Positions 9,661-20,501 of a stretch of 64,000 nucleotides of DNA are shown here, piece by piece. This DNA comes from Nitrospirota bacterium (GTDB taxonomy: Bacteria; Nitrospirota; UBA9217), in assembly GCA_963663225.1 (NCBI GenBank), contig OY760142.1, forward strand, positions 2,784,001-2,848,000. Direction: 5' to 3'. The position numbers and the translations under genes are program-made. Each line of letters opens with the position of its first letter. Position 1 is the first letter of the stretch. Below the pieces are notes generated by a model. That model was not told where the DNA came from. It was given only the letters and a program-made list of their open reading frames with translations, and ran no database searches.

Positions 9661-9748
9661 AATTAATACGAGAAAACGACAGTTTTATACTTACTGAATA
9701 TTACATAGCCACTAACTTTAAAATTATCTGATAAAATTAATTTTCTTG

Positions 9749-9777
9749 TTGCATCAAAGAGTGAAGATAAGTATAAT
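9749..9777 (+). promoter_or_regulatory. sigma70 promoter for tRNA-Lys
   Basis: TTGCAT-17 nt-TATAAT. Confidence 0.75.
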
Positions 9778-9812
9778 GTAGCCGTTTTGCACTAGGCAGT
9801 GTCATATGAAAT

Positions 9813-9888
<76 letters not shown>

Positions 9889-9897
9889 GATTTTCCT

Positions 9898-9930
9898 AGC
9901 CTATCAGTCACCTGATAGGCTTTTTCTTTT
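9898..9930 (+). terminator. Rho-independent terminator after tRNA-Lys
   Basis: AGCCTATCAG-tcac-CTGATAGGCT followed by a T-run. Confidence 0.85.
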
Positions 9931-10072
9931 CGTTATAACTTCTTTTTCTTCAACTGGTTTGGCATAGAAATCAAATAAATAACTTATCCTGCATTAAAAA
10001 ATATCAATAAAAGAAGATATTTTCTTGACCTGAAAGCCCCGTTTTGCAATACTGTTTATATCCGGAGGAAAA

Positions 10073-10384
10073 ATGAGAATAGTTATCTTGTCTTTAGCGA
10101 TGACAGTGCTTGTATTTTCATTTTTGCCGGGTTGCTCACATATAAAAACCGAACCAGTAACTCAATATGTCGATGACTCGACAATTACGACAGAAGCGAA
10201 ATGGATAATTGCCAATGACCCGGATGCTCAGTTCTTCAAAATCAAGGTAAAAACAATACAAGGAAAAGTTGAGTTGGATGGCTTTGTAACCAACAATAAA
10301 ACCGAATCACGGCTGGTGGATAAAATCCTGGCGCTTGACGGAGTTAAATCGGTAACCAGCAGATTACAATTGATGAAAAAATAA
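10073..10384 (+). CDS. BON-domain lipoprotein (OsmY-like)
   Basis: Lipobox LPG-C; VDDSTITT...IKVKTIQGKVELDGFV...GVKSVTSRL BON pattern; GGAGG RBS. Confidence 0.85.
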   Translation: MRIVILSLAMTVLVFSFLPGCSHIKTEPVTQYVDDSTITTEAKWIIANDPDAQFFKIKVKTIQGKVELDGFVTNNKTESRLVDKILALDGVKSVTSRLQLMKK

Positions 10385-10630
10385 GTGGCGCTGTCTAAAA
10401 GAACAGTTTCACTTTTTCGTTCAACATTGAGGAAATGCCTTGACCCAGTTTAAGGTTTATGCTAATATTCTCAACGATTTCTGAAGCTCCGTCAAAGGGG
10501 TGATAACCGCTGATTGTCGAGAAGCGATATTAACAGTGTAAAGTCCTTCAAAGAATTAGGGACTTCGGCATTATACACTTTTTTATCCAACATACTGTAA
10601 TAAAAAGAAAATAATAAATGTTTTCTAGTC

Positions 10631-10671
10631 TAATCAGCGGGTCGAAAGGTCAACTCCTTCTCGGCTCACCA
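10631..10671 (+). repeat. Degenerate copy of the tRNA-Lys 3' half (att-like direct repeat of 9848-9888)
   Basis: 37/41 nt identical to 9848-9888; starts in the anticodon loop and ends at CCA; no 5' half. Confidence 0.85.
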
Positions 10672-10754
10672 TAACAATAATGGGCAGTGAGTAACGGGCA
10701 GAAATCCAGTATATACGCTGAACTGCGCAATGCTCACTGCTTTATTTTTGTGGA

Positions 10755-10837
10755 GCGAGAGTGGCGGAATTGGCAGACGCGCCAGACTTAGGATCTGGTG
10801 GGTGACCGTGGGGGTTCAAATCCCCCCTCTCGCACCA
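10755..10837 (+). tRNA. tRNA-Leu(TAG)
   Basis: Anticodon arm CCAGA-CTTAGGA-TCTGG; variable arm; CCA end; usual position upstream of tig. Confidence 0.97.
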
Positions 10838-10932
10838 ACTTTATAAAATATCTGCAGCTCTATGCGGACTGCGTGTCCAACAGTTTGTTTTAATGTTATT
10901 ACTTCAAAAAAATTAATAAGGTGGAGCAATCA

Positions 10933-12216
10933 ATGAAAGTTACGGTAGAAGATCTCAGTACGGTAAAGAAAAAACTCACGATAGAAGTCGAGCCGGATAT
11001 TGTTACAAAAGAACTGGACAAAGCCTTGGCGGACGTGGTAAAGAAGGCAAAAATTCCAGGTTTTCGACCGGGGAAAGCGCCGCGATCAATCGTGGAAAAG
11101 CACTATGGCGGCGAGGTGCAGTCAGAGGTATTGCAGCGGATCATATCCAAGAACTATATGCAGGCGCTGCAGGAAAAAAACATTACGCCTGTTGATATGC
11201 CGGACATCGACAATGTGTCTGCGTTGACCAAAGGAGCCTCGCTCAGCTTTACCGCTATGGTTGAGGTGCGGCCTGACATTACATTGGGAACGTATGACGG
11301 AATTGAGGTAAAAGAGCAGAATATTGAAGTGACGGATGAAGAGGTGACGCAGTCGATCGATCGGCTTCGGGAAATGTATGCCCAGCTTGAAGTGGTCGAA
11401 GGCCGTCCAGTGGAAAATGAAGATGTCGTTATCATTGATTTTGAAGGTTTCATCGACGGCAAACCCATTGAAAGCGCGAAAGCGAGCGATTACCTTCTGT
11501 CTGTCGGGTCAAAAAGTCTTATTCCCGGCTTTGAAGAGCAGATCATCGGTATGAAGCGAAACGAGACACGGGACATTAAAGTCACGTTTCCCGCTGACTA
11601 CAGCAACAAGGACCTTGCAGGAAAGGACGCTTCGTTTACCATTGTCCTCAAAGAAATCAAGAAAAAGGTTCTGCCAGAATTGAACGAAGAATTTGCAAAA
11701 GATCTCGGCAATTATAAAACCATCGACGAAGTCAAAGACGCAATCAAAAAAGACATCGAAACCAGGAAAAGAAATGATCAGGCGACCGCTCAGCGTGAAG
11801 AACTTATGACGAAATTGATAAAGAGCCACACCTTTGAAATACCTTCCGTCATGGTCAACCACGAACTGCAGGCGCTGGCGCGACAGCACGCAACCTTCAT
11901 GGCACGCCGCGGCGTGGATGTAATGAAGACGTTCGACATCGCAAAATTCCGCGAAGAAAACACAGGGACGGCTGAAAAACGCGTACGAGGGCAATTGATT
12001 CTCGATGTGATCGCTGAAAAGGAAAAAGTCGAAGTTACCGACCAGGAAGTGACCACCGCTCTCACGACGATGGCAAAGGCGTCCGGTCAGACCACAGACT
12101 CCATTAAAAAATATTATGAGAAAAATGAAGGCAGTCTCGAAGGACTGCGGTCTTCCCTGATACAGGAAAAAACTCTCGGTCTCTTGCTTTCGCGAACGAA
12201 GAAGAGTTATAATTAA
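10933..12216 (+). CDS. tig: Trigger factor
   Basis: [10 protein letters not shown] ribosome-binding motif; FKBP domain ([23 protein letters not shown]). Confidence 0.97.
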   Translation: MKVTVEDLSTVKKKLTIEVEPDIVTKELDKALADVVKKAKIPGFRPGKAPRSIVEKHYGGEVQSEVLQRIISKNYMQALQEKNITPVDMPDIDNVSALTKGASLSFTAMVEVRPDITLGTYDGIEVKEQNIEVTDEEVTQSIDRLREMYAQLEVVEGRPVENEDVVIIDFEGFIDGKPIESAKASDYLLSVGSKSLIPGFEEQIIGMKRNETRDIKVTFPADYSNKDLAGKDASFTIVLKEIKKKVLPELNEEFAKDLGNYKTIDEVKDAIKKDIETRKRNDQATAQREELMTKLIKSHTFEIPSVMVNHELQALARQHATFMARRGVDVMKTFDIAKFREENTGTAEKRVRGQLILDVIAEKEKVEVTDQEVTTALTTMAKASGQTTDSIKKYYEKNEGSLEGLRSSLIQEKTLGLLLSRTKKSYN

Positions 12217-12244
12217 AATATCAAACAGTATGAAAAGGGGCACT

Positions 12245-12844
12245 ATGTCGTTAATTCCGATGGTAATAGAGCAAACGAGCCGTGGCGAACGCGCGTATGA
12301 CATTTACTCACGGCTTTTGAAGGACAGAATCATATTCCTTGGGACCGCGATCGATGATATCGTTGCCAATACCGTAATAGCGCAGTTGCTGTTTCTGGAC
12401 GCAGAGGACCCAGGTAAAGACATCTATCTCTACATAAACTCCCCCGGGGGAGTCGTTTCGTCCGGTTTGGCGATCTATGATACCATGAATTATTTGAAAT
12501 CCCCTGTGTCGACCATCTGCATCGGCCAGGCCGCAAGCATGGGAGCGCTGCTTTTGACGGCAGGGACCAAAGGAAAAAGATTTTCCCTGCCTCACTCGCG
12601 GGTCATGATACACCAACCCATGGGCGGATTCCAGGGCCAGGCCACCGATATCGAAATACACGCAAAAGAAATATTGAAATTAAAGGACACGCTCAACAAT
12701 ATCTTGGCAAAGCATACAGGACAACCGATCGAAAAAATACAGGCGGATACTGACCGTGATTTTTTCATGTCCGGAGAAGATGCAAAAACTTACGGCATTA
12801 TAGACGAGGTGATTACGAAGGTAAGAAGTGCCAAGGAGAAGTAA
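12245..12844 (+). CDS. clpP: ATP-dependent Clp protease proteolytic subunit
   Basis: [26 protein letters not shown] and MIHQP motifs. Confidence 0.98.
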   Translation: MSLIPMVIEQTSRGERAYDIYSRLLKDRIIFLGTAIDDIVANTVIAQLLFLDAEDPGKDIYLYINSPGGVVSSGLAIYDTMNYLKSPVSTICIGQAASMGALLLTAGTKGKRFSLPHSRVMIHQPMGGFQGQATDIEIHAKEILKLKDTLNNILAKHTGQPIEKIQADTDRDFFMSGEDAKTYGIIDEVITKVRSAKEK

Positions 12845-12847
12845 GCC

Positions 12848-14092
12848 ATGACTGAAAAAAATGAACCTGCCGCAACGCAACTGAAATGTTCTTTTTGCGG
12901 CAAAAATCAGGATGAAGTAAAAAAACTTATTGCCGGACCATCAGTATTTATCTGCAATGAGTGCGTTGATCTCTGCAATGAAATCATTGCGGAAGAATGG
13001 GAAGAGGCAAAAGAAACAAAAATTCCCCGGCTGCCAAAACCGGCGGAAATAAAACGTACGCTTGATGAGTATGTCATCGGTCAGGATCGTGCTAAAAAAA
13101 TCCTTTCCGTGGCCGTGCATAATCATTATAAACGCATTGATATCCGCCATGAAATCGGCGATGAAGTGGAACTTCAAAAAAGCAATATTCTGCTGATCGG
13201 CCCCACGGGAGTAGGGAAGACACTGCTTGCGCAGACGCTGGCACGAATTCTGGATGTGCCGTTTACGATAGCAGATGCCACCACCCTGACCGAAGCAGGC
13301 TATGTAGGCGAAGACGTCGAAAACATCATTCTGAAACTGCTTCAAAATGCCAATTATGATGTGGAGCGCGCGCAACGCGGCATCGTCTATATCGATGAAA
13401 TCGACAAAATCAGCAGAAAATCAGAAAGCCCTTCAATCACCCGCGACGTATCGGGAGAGGGGGTGCAGCAGGCGCTGTTGAAGCTTATAGAAGGAACGGT
13501 GGCAAGCGTTCCTCCCCAGGGCGGCCGCAAACATCCGCATCAAGAGTTTATACAGGTGGACACCAAAAATATTCTCTTCATCTGCGGTGGGGCCTTTGTC
13601 GGGCTCGAGTCGATCATTGACCAGCGCATCGGCAAAAAAACCATGGGGTTCGGCGCTGACATACAAAGCAAACAGGAGCGAAAACTGAGCGAAATTCTTG
13701 CCTGCCTTCAGCCTGAGGACTTGCTGAAATACGGCCTTATTCCGGAGTTTATCGGACGGATGCCGGTTGTGGCAACGCTCGAAGAACTGGGCGAACAGGC
13801 ATTGATCGACATTCTCACGCGGCCCAAGAATGCCCTTATCAAGCAGTATCAGAAACTGCTCGCATTGGAGGGCTGCAAACTGCGCTTTACCGACGATGCG
13901 CTTATTGCCATAGCCAAAAAAGCGATAAATCGGAAAACCGGCGCCCGCGGTCTTCGCGCAATCCTTGAAGATGTAATGCTGAATGTGATGTATGACGTTC
14001 CTTCTCAGCCAGGAATCAGAGAGTGTATCATCAACGAGGAAGTGATCAATAGCGGCGCAGAACCGCTTCTTATTTACGAAAAAATCGCGTAA
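12848..14092 (+). CDS. clpX: Clp protease ATP-binding subunit
   Basis: CSFC...CNEC zinc finger, [26 protein letters not shown]. Confidence 0.98.
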   Translation: MTEKNEPAATQLKCSFCGKNQDEVKKLIAGPSVFICNECVDLCNEIIAEEWEEAKETKIPRLPKPAEIKRTLDEYVIGQDRAKKILSVAVHNHYKRIDIRHEIGDEVELQKSNILLIGPTGVGKTLLAQTLARILDVPFTIADATTLTEAGYVGEDVENIILKLLQNANYDVERAQRGIVYIDEIDKISRKSESPSITRDVSGEGVQQALLKLIEGTVASVPPQGGRKHPHQEFIQVDTKNILFICGGAFVGLESIIDQRIGKKTMGFGADIQSKQERKLSEILACLQPEDLLKYGLIPEFIGRMPVVATLEELGEQALIDILTRPKNALIKQYQKLLALEGCKLRFTDDALIAIAKKAINRKTGARGLRAILEDVMLNVMYDVPSQPGIRECIINEEVINSGAEPLLIYEKIA

Positions 14093-14109
14093 CGCGGCAA
14101 AAATATATT

Positions 14110-14158
14110 ACAAAGGACAGAGGAAGGCAACAGGATGTTTTCTTCTGTCCTTTGTTTT
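14110..14158 (+). terminator. Stem-loop / probable terminator after clpX
   Basis: ACAAAGGACAGA...TCTGTCCTTTGT followed by TTT. Confidence 0.55.
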
Positions 14159-14207
14159 GTCATTACGCTGTGGTTTCTTTCCTTAATCCTTATTCCGAAC
14201 TTAACTC

Positions 14208-14792
14208 ATGAGAATACTCTCTGCTGAATTTATTACAAGTGCCGTCACTCCTAAACAGTTTCCTGCAGATAAAAAGCCACAAATAGCTTTCGCCGGGCGA
14301 TCTAATGTCGGCAAATCTTCTCTTATTAATGCCCTCCTGCACCGAAAAAACCTTGTAAAAACAAGCGCAACTCCCGGCAAAACGCAATTGATAAATTTTT
14401 TTCTTATTAATGAACAATTCTATTTTGTCGATTTGCCGGGATACGGCTATGCGAAAGTCCCCTATGCAGTAACCGACGCATGGGCTCCCATGATTGAACG
14501 CTATCTGAAAGAATCCCCCGAGTTGGCAGCCGTTGTAGTGCTCCTTGATATCAGGAGGGAACCGGACAAGCGGGATCTTCGTCTTATCGAATGGTTGGAG
14601 CAGTATAATATCCCGGCCATCATTGCCCTGACTAAAACTGACAAGTTGAACCGCCAGGAAACAGAACAGTCTCGAAAAAAAATAGTGCCAATTCTGGAAA
14701 CTGAAGAAACGCTGATTCTTACGTCCGCAAAAACAGGCACCGGGATCAAAGACCTCTGGAAAAGCATTTTCTCGTATATAAGCGTTTCCTAA
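14208..14792 (+). CDS. engB: Ribosome biogenesis GTP-binding protein YihA/YsxC
   Basis: GRSNVGKSS, PGKTQLIN, DLPGYG and TKTDK motifs. Confidence 0.96.
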   Translation: MRILSAEFITSAVTPKQFPADKKPQIAFAGRSNVGKSSLINALLHRKNLVKTSATPGKTQLINFFLINEQFYFVDLPGYGYAKVPYAVTDAWAPMIERYLKESPELAAVVVLLDIRREPDKRDLRLIEWLEQYNIPAIIALTKTDKLNRQETEQSRKKIVPILETEETLILTSAKTGTGIKDLWKSIFSYISVS

Positions 14793-14870
14793 ACAGCCTG
14801 TTTTCCTTTTAATGTGCGGACAGTTCTATTCATGCTGACTGTATCTTCTTGCTAAGGGGGAGGCCTTCAT

Positions 14871-16400
14871 ATGGATTTTTCCACAGAGCTTACCGGTGCA
14901 TTGTTCTGGAGTGCAGTACTGAGCATTTTTTTTGTTGTAGTCTGCAGTATTGCTATCGGTTTCTTTGCAAAAAAATCACCCCAGCTAAAACCCATCGGCA
15001 CCAGCCTGAAACTCATCGTTTTTTTCATTGCCATTCAATTCTCCCTTTTTTTGGGAGCCACTGAGCGTTATCCGCACCTTTCCCGACATCTGAACTTCTT
15101 TTCCTGGCTCCTTTTCACGTTTGCGGCAGTCCGTCTCATTCTCTATATCTACGGTGATCTTTTTATTGTACGCTGGAAAAAAGGCAGTTTTCCGGCCGCG
15201 TTCAAAAATATCATTACTGCTGCTGCGCTGGTGCTGGTCGCCCTTATTCTCTTAAAAGAAATACTGGACATTAACGTTACCTCTCTGATTGCAACAACAA
15301 CCGTCCTGACTGCGACCATCGGTTTGGCGTTTCAGGGAACTTTGGCGAACATGCTGGCAGGCCTTACCATCCATCTGGAAAAACCCCTAAAACAAGGCGA
15401 CTGGATCGCGGTTGCTGGCCATGAAGGACGAGTGACCGATATCACGCTCCGATCCACGAGGATTTTAACGCTCGATCAGAACGAAGTGTTCATACCCAAC
15501 AGCAAGGTCTTGAGTGAGGCCGTGGTAAATTTCAGTCTGCCGGGCAGGGAACATATAAAAAAACTTGTGTTTGGCGTCAGTTACAATACGCCGCCGAATA
15601 AGGTAAAACAGGTTGTTTTTGATGTTCTTGGAGAGATTCCGGACGTGTGCAGGCATCCTGAACCGCTTATTCGGGTTGCAAGTTACGGCGACTATTCCGT
15701 AAATTATGAACTTCGCTATGCTATTGGAGACTTCTCACGGTCCATTGATATTGATGCCCAGATCATGAACCTTCTCTGGTATCGCTTTAAGCGCACCGGA
15801 ATTCATATTCCTCTTCCGATCCGCGATGTAAATCTGCGCCAAATCACACCTGAATTTTTAAAAGCAGAAAACGACCAGCAGACGGCCAAACGAATCGAAC
15901 TGATGGAAAACGTGGAAATACTTGCTCCGCTCAGCAAAACTGAATTAAAAAAACTCTCTTCACAATTAAGCGTAAAAACCTATGCTGTCGGCGAAATGCC
16001 GGTGCGCCAAGGAGACCCCGGGGACTCTTTTTATATAATCAAGAGCGGCAAAGTTGATGTGATTGTGGAAAATGCACCCGGCGAATCAGCCGTTGTGGCC
16101 ACGCTCACAGAAGGCAACTTTTTTGGAGAAATGAGCTTGTTAACAGGAGCAACGAGAACAGCCAGTATTCTGGTTACAGAAGACGCAGAATTTATTGTTA
16201 TCGATAAGCAAAGTTTTACATCAACTTTGATTCATAATCCTTCCATTGCTGAATCGTTAAGCCATATTCTTTCCGAACGTCAGGCCGGCCTTGATGCCGA
16301 AAAAGAAAAGCTCGACACGGAAGCTTTTTCACACCGGAAAAAGGCTGCATCGAGCAAACTTTTGGCAAAAATAAGGAATTTTTTCGGAATGGATTTGTAA
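14871..16400 (+). CDS. MscS-family channel fused to a cyclic-nucleotide-binding domain (bCNG-like)
   Basis: IGLAFQGTLANMLAG...GDWI...IPNS MscS core; C-terminal RQGDPGDSFYII...FFGEMSLLTGATRTAS cNMP domain. Confidence 0.9.
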   Translation: MDFSTELTGALFWSAVLSIFFVVVCSIAIGFFAKKSPQLKPIGTSLKLIVFFIAIQFSLFLGATERYPHLSRHLNFFSWLLFTFAAVRLILYIYGDLFIVRWKKGSFPAAFKNIITAAALVLVALILLKEILDINVTSLIATTTVLTATIGLAFQGTLANMLAGLTIHLEKPLKQGDWIAVAGHEGRVTDITLRSTRILTLDQNEVFIPNSKVLSEAVVNFSLPGREHIKKLVFGVSYNTPPNKVKQVVFDVLGEIPDVCRHPEPLIRVASYGDYSVNYELRYAIGDFSRSIDIDAQIMNLLWYRFKRTGIHIPLPIRDVNLRQITPEFLKAENDQQTAKRIELMENVEILAPLSKTELKKLSSQLSVKTYAVGEMPVRQGDPGDSFYIIKSGKVDVIVENAPGESAVVATLTEGNFFGEMSLLTGATRTASILVTEDAEFIVIDKQSFTSTLIHNPSIAESLSHILSERQAGLDAEKEKLDTEAFSHRKKAASSKLLAKIRNFFGMDL

Positions 16401-16454
16401 TCCCAGAAATACGCTGATTTGTTCTAAGAACTGTTAATATATAATAATCTGTTT

Positions 16455-17384
<930 letters not shown>

Positions 17385-18743
17385 CTACAAAATATACCTG
17401 CTTAAATCCTCGCTCTTGATGATGTCAGTCATCCTTTCGCGGACGTGTTCGGCAGTAATGTTGACACGGGAACCTTTCTTTTCCGGCGCATCAAATGATA
17501 TTTCATCGAGCAAGAGCTCCAGTATCGTATGAAGTCTGCGCGCTCCGATATTTTCCGTGCGCTCATTTACTTTTGCTGCGATGTCAGCGATTTCTTCAAT
17601 TGAGTCATCGGAGAACACAAGCGTTATTTCTTCCGTAGCGAGCAGGGCAATGTTCTGTTTTATAAGCGCATTCTGCGGCTCAGTAAGAATGCGGATAAAT
17701 TCTTTCTTCCCGAGAGAATCAAGTTCGACACGGATGGGGAACCTGCCCTGAAGCTCCGGAATCAGATCAGATGGTTTCGATACGTGAAATGCGCCGGCGG
17801 CGATAAAAAGAATATGGTCTGTTTTGACCGGTCCGTATTTTGTCGTAACGGTAGAGCCTTCCACAATAGGAAGAAGATCGCGTTGAACTCCTTCGCGCGA
17901 TACGTCGGGACCGTGCTGCGACTCGCGTCCGGCGATTTTATCCAACTCATCGAGAAAAACAATGCCCGACTGCTCTACACGCTGAAGTGCCTCTTTGGTT
18001 ACCTTGTCCATATCGATAAGCTTCGCCGCTTCTTCCTGCACTAATATCCGCAAGGCGTCCGGCACCTTGGCTTTGCGTCGTTTGGTTTTTTCCGGGAGGA
18101 GCCCGCCCAGCATTTCCTTAAGATTCATTTCAATTTCTTCCATGCCGACATTCGAGATAACGCCAAAAGGCATCACCTTTTCCTTAATCTCCAGCTCGAC
18201 GGTGCGTGTGTCGAGCTTTCCCTCCCGCAGCTGTTGCCTGAGTTTTTCCCGGGTGCCGGTATGTTGTTCCTGCTGCTCCGTGGTCGGAGCATCGTATCCC
18301 GCTGGCGTTCTCAGCGGAGGCAAAAGAAGGTCAAGCAGGCGCTCTTCCGCCAGGACTTCCGCTCTTTCACGAACCTGTTCCGCCATTTCATTCTTAACCA
18401 TATTAATGCCTATTTCGGTCAGATCGCGCACGATTGAGTCGACATCGCGGCCCACATAACCCACTTCGGTGAATTTTGATGCTTCAATTTTCAGGAAGGG
18501 TGCCTGTACAAGTTTTGCAAGCCTGCGGGCTATTTCTGTTTTGCCGACCCCGGTGGGGCCGATCATAATGATGTTCTTCGGCATGACTTCGTCACGGAGT
18601 TCTTCCGGCAGACGCTGCCGTCTCCAACGGTTGCGCAGGGCGATGGCCACAGCTCGTTTTGCCTTTTGCTGGCCAATGACATATTTGTCCAGTTCCTCAA
18701 CAATCTGTCTCGGCGTCAACGTATCTTTCAAGGAAACCTCCAT
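17385..18743 (-). CDS. hslU: HslUV protease ATPase subunit
   Basis: [38 protein letters not shown]. Confidence 0.98.
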   Translation of the reverse strand: MEVSLKDTLTPRQIVEELDKYVIGQQKAKRAVAIALRNRWRRQRLPEELRDEVMPKNIIMIGPTGVGKTEIARRLAKLVQAPFLKIEASKFTEVGYVGRDVDSIVRDLTEIGINMVKNEMAEQVRERAEVLAEERLLDLLLPPLRTPAGYDAPTTEQQEQHTGTREKLRQQLREGKLDTRTVELEIKEKVMPFGVISNVGMEEIEMNLKEMLGGLLPEKTKRRKAKVPDALRILVQEEAAKLIDMDKVTKEALQRVEQSGIVFLDELDKIAGRESQHGPDVSREGVQRDLLPIVEGSTVTTKYGPVKTDHILFIAAGAFHVSKPSDLIPELQGRFPIRVELDSLGKKEFIRILTEPQNALIKQNIALLATEEITLVFSDDSIEEIADIAAKVNERTENIGARRLHTILELLLDEISFDAPEKKGSRVNITAEHVRERMTDIIKSEDLSRYIL

Positions 18744-18825
18744 TAACAACAGTGCAGCATGATAAAGCAGATTATTGCCGCTTCAATCTGCAGCCGGTGC
18801 ATAGGGTGATTTGAATTCCGAAATG

Positions 18826-19368
18826 CTACAGTTCTTCAATTGATATTTCTTTGTTGGTGTATATGCATATTTCCGCTGCAATCTTCATGGATTCTTCAAC
18901 GATCTTTTTTGCGTCCAGTTGGGTATGCTCGATAAGAGCGCGGGCAGCGGCAAGTGCATAAGGACCGCCGGAACCTATGGCAGCAACGCCGTTTTCCGGC
19001 TCGATGACGTCACCGTTTCCTGAAAGAATGAATGAACGCTCATGATCAGCAATGATCATGAGTGCTTCAAGTCTGCGGAGTATCTTGTCTGTGCGCCAGT
19101 CTTTCGCAAGTTCGACTGCTGCACGGGTGAGATTGCCGTGGTACTGTTCCAGCTTGTTTTCGAATTTTTCGAATAAGGTAAACGCATCAGCGGTCGCGCC
19201 TGCGAAACCTGCCAGAATTTTTTCATTGTACATTTTCCGCACTTTTTTCGCATTGTGCTTCATGACGGTAGATCCAATGGTCACCTGGCCGTCGCCTGCG
19301 ATTGCGGTTTTTCCGTTACGCCGAACCGCGATAATTGTTGTTCCGTGCAGAGGTAGTATATCCTCCAT
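18826..19368 (-). CDS. hslV: HslUV protease peptidase subunit
   Basis: HG-TTI Thr nucleophile, AGDGQVT, AIGSGG. Confidence 0.98.
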   Translation of the reverse strand: MEDILPLHGTTIIAVRRNGKTAIAGDGQVTIGSTVMKHNAKKVRKMYNEKILAGFAGATADAFTLFEKFENKLEQYHGNLTRAAVELAKDWRTDKILRRLEALMIIADHERSFILSGNGDVIEPENGVAAIGSGGPYALAAARALIEHTQLDAKKIVEESMKIAAEICIYTNKEISIEEL

Positions 19369-19454
19369 GGTTTTCTCCCGTTTAAGTACCGTATCCTTAT
19401 TAATTATACTTTACAAATTCCTTGTTACACCGTTCACGACACAATATCTAGATT

Positions 19455-20351
19455 TCATGTCTTGCGGAGTCTGGACTTTGGATGCGCCTTATCGTATGTT
19501 TCCATGAGTGAGTCCAGGTTTACATGCGTATAGCGTTGGGTTGTCGAAAGACTTGCATGTCCCAGCAGTTCCTGGATAGCCCGAAGATCCGCTCCAGATT
19601 CGAGCAGATGCGTGGCAAAGCTGTGTCGGAGAGTGTGGGGGCTGGCTTTCTGAAGCAGCCCTAGATTTTTGCTGTATTTTTCTAAAATACGCTGAACCGT
19701 TCGTACTGTCAAGCGTTTTCCGCCTGAACCTGTAAAAATTGCCTTTGTTTCAGCGCGGTTATTGCTGCTCTGATTGAGATAGGCGTCAATGGCATTAAGT
19801 GCCGTGGCCCCTATGGGAACAATACGTTCTTTCCGACCTTTTCCTCTGATTCTGACAAGATGGTCATTCCTGTCGATATCTTCTGAATTTATTCCGATGA
19901 GTTCGCTCGCCCGAATACCGGTCGAGTACAGTGTCTCCAGAATGGCCTTGTCTCGGAAGGAAGCACCCTGTATCGTTGGATTCACGGAAGAGGGAGCATC
20001 CATGAGCCGTTCAGTATCATCGATGGAGAGCACGTTCGGCAGACGCTTTTCCCTGCGGGGCGTCGCGACCAGTCTTGCAGGGTTGTTTGCGACTATTCCT
20101 TCCCGGTTTAGATAGGCAAAAAACGTCCGTATAGAAGAAAGTTTCCGGGCAATGGATGCTTTCTTTATATTGAGCTTCATCAGATGGGCAATAAATTGCC
20201 GCAGTGTCTGGTGATCAACTTTATTAGGTTCAGTTTTTCCCAGAAAAGCAAAGAGCTGCTCCAGGTCGGACAAATAGCTTCGGACGGTGTGAGGAGACGT
20301 ATTCTTCTGGTTTTTCAAATAGTTGATAAAATTAAAAACATGTTCGTTCAT
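19455..20351 (-). CDS. xerC: Tyrosine recombinase XerC
   Basis: LYSTGIRASEL, GKGRKERIVP, SPHTLRHSFATHLL, LLGHASLSTTQRYTH; topA-xerC-hslVU context. Confidence 0.92.
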   Translation of the reverse strand: MNEHVFNFINYLKNQKNTSPHTVRSYLSDLEQLFAFLGKTEPNKVDHQTLRQFIAHLMKLNIKKASIARKLSSIRTFFAYLNREGIVANNPARLVATPRREKRLPNVLSIDDTERLMDAPSSVNPTIQGASFRDKAILETLYSTGIRASELIGINSEDIDRNDHLVRIRGKGRKERIVPIGATALNAIDAYLNQSSNNRAETKAIFTGSGGKRLTVRTVQRILEKYSKNLGLLQKASPHTLRHSFATHLLESGADLRAIQELLGHASLSTTQRYTHVNLDSLMETYDKAHPKSRLRKT

Positions 20352-20357
20352 GGTGAT

Positions 20358-20386
20358 ACTGTAGCGTAAGAATTCATTTTTTGCAA
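20358..20386 (-). promoter_or_regulatory. sigma70 promoter of xerC (leaderless geometry)
   Basis: TTGCAA-17 nt-TACAGT, then 6 nt to the ATG; no SD. Confidence 0.6.
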
Positions 20387-20501
20387 TAATTAATGATGCA
20401 GAGAAGGGAATGGGAGGAAATCACAACAGGAGAGAATGCCGGTTTGCTTTTCGAAGCGTGTATGTACAAGAGCAGTTTTTATTCCAATAGATCGATCACG
20501 A

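Noticed and set aside
19455-20351. Tyrosine recombinase as a prophage or island integrase
   Set aside because: Sequence and topA-xerC-hslVU context identify housekeeping XerC.
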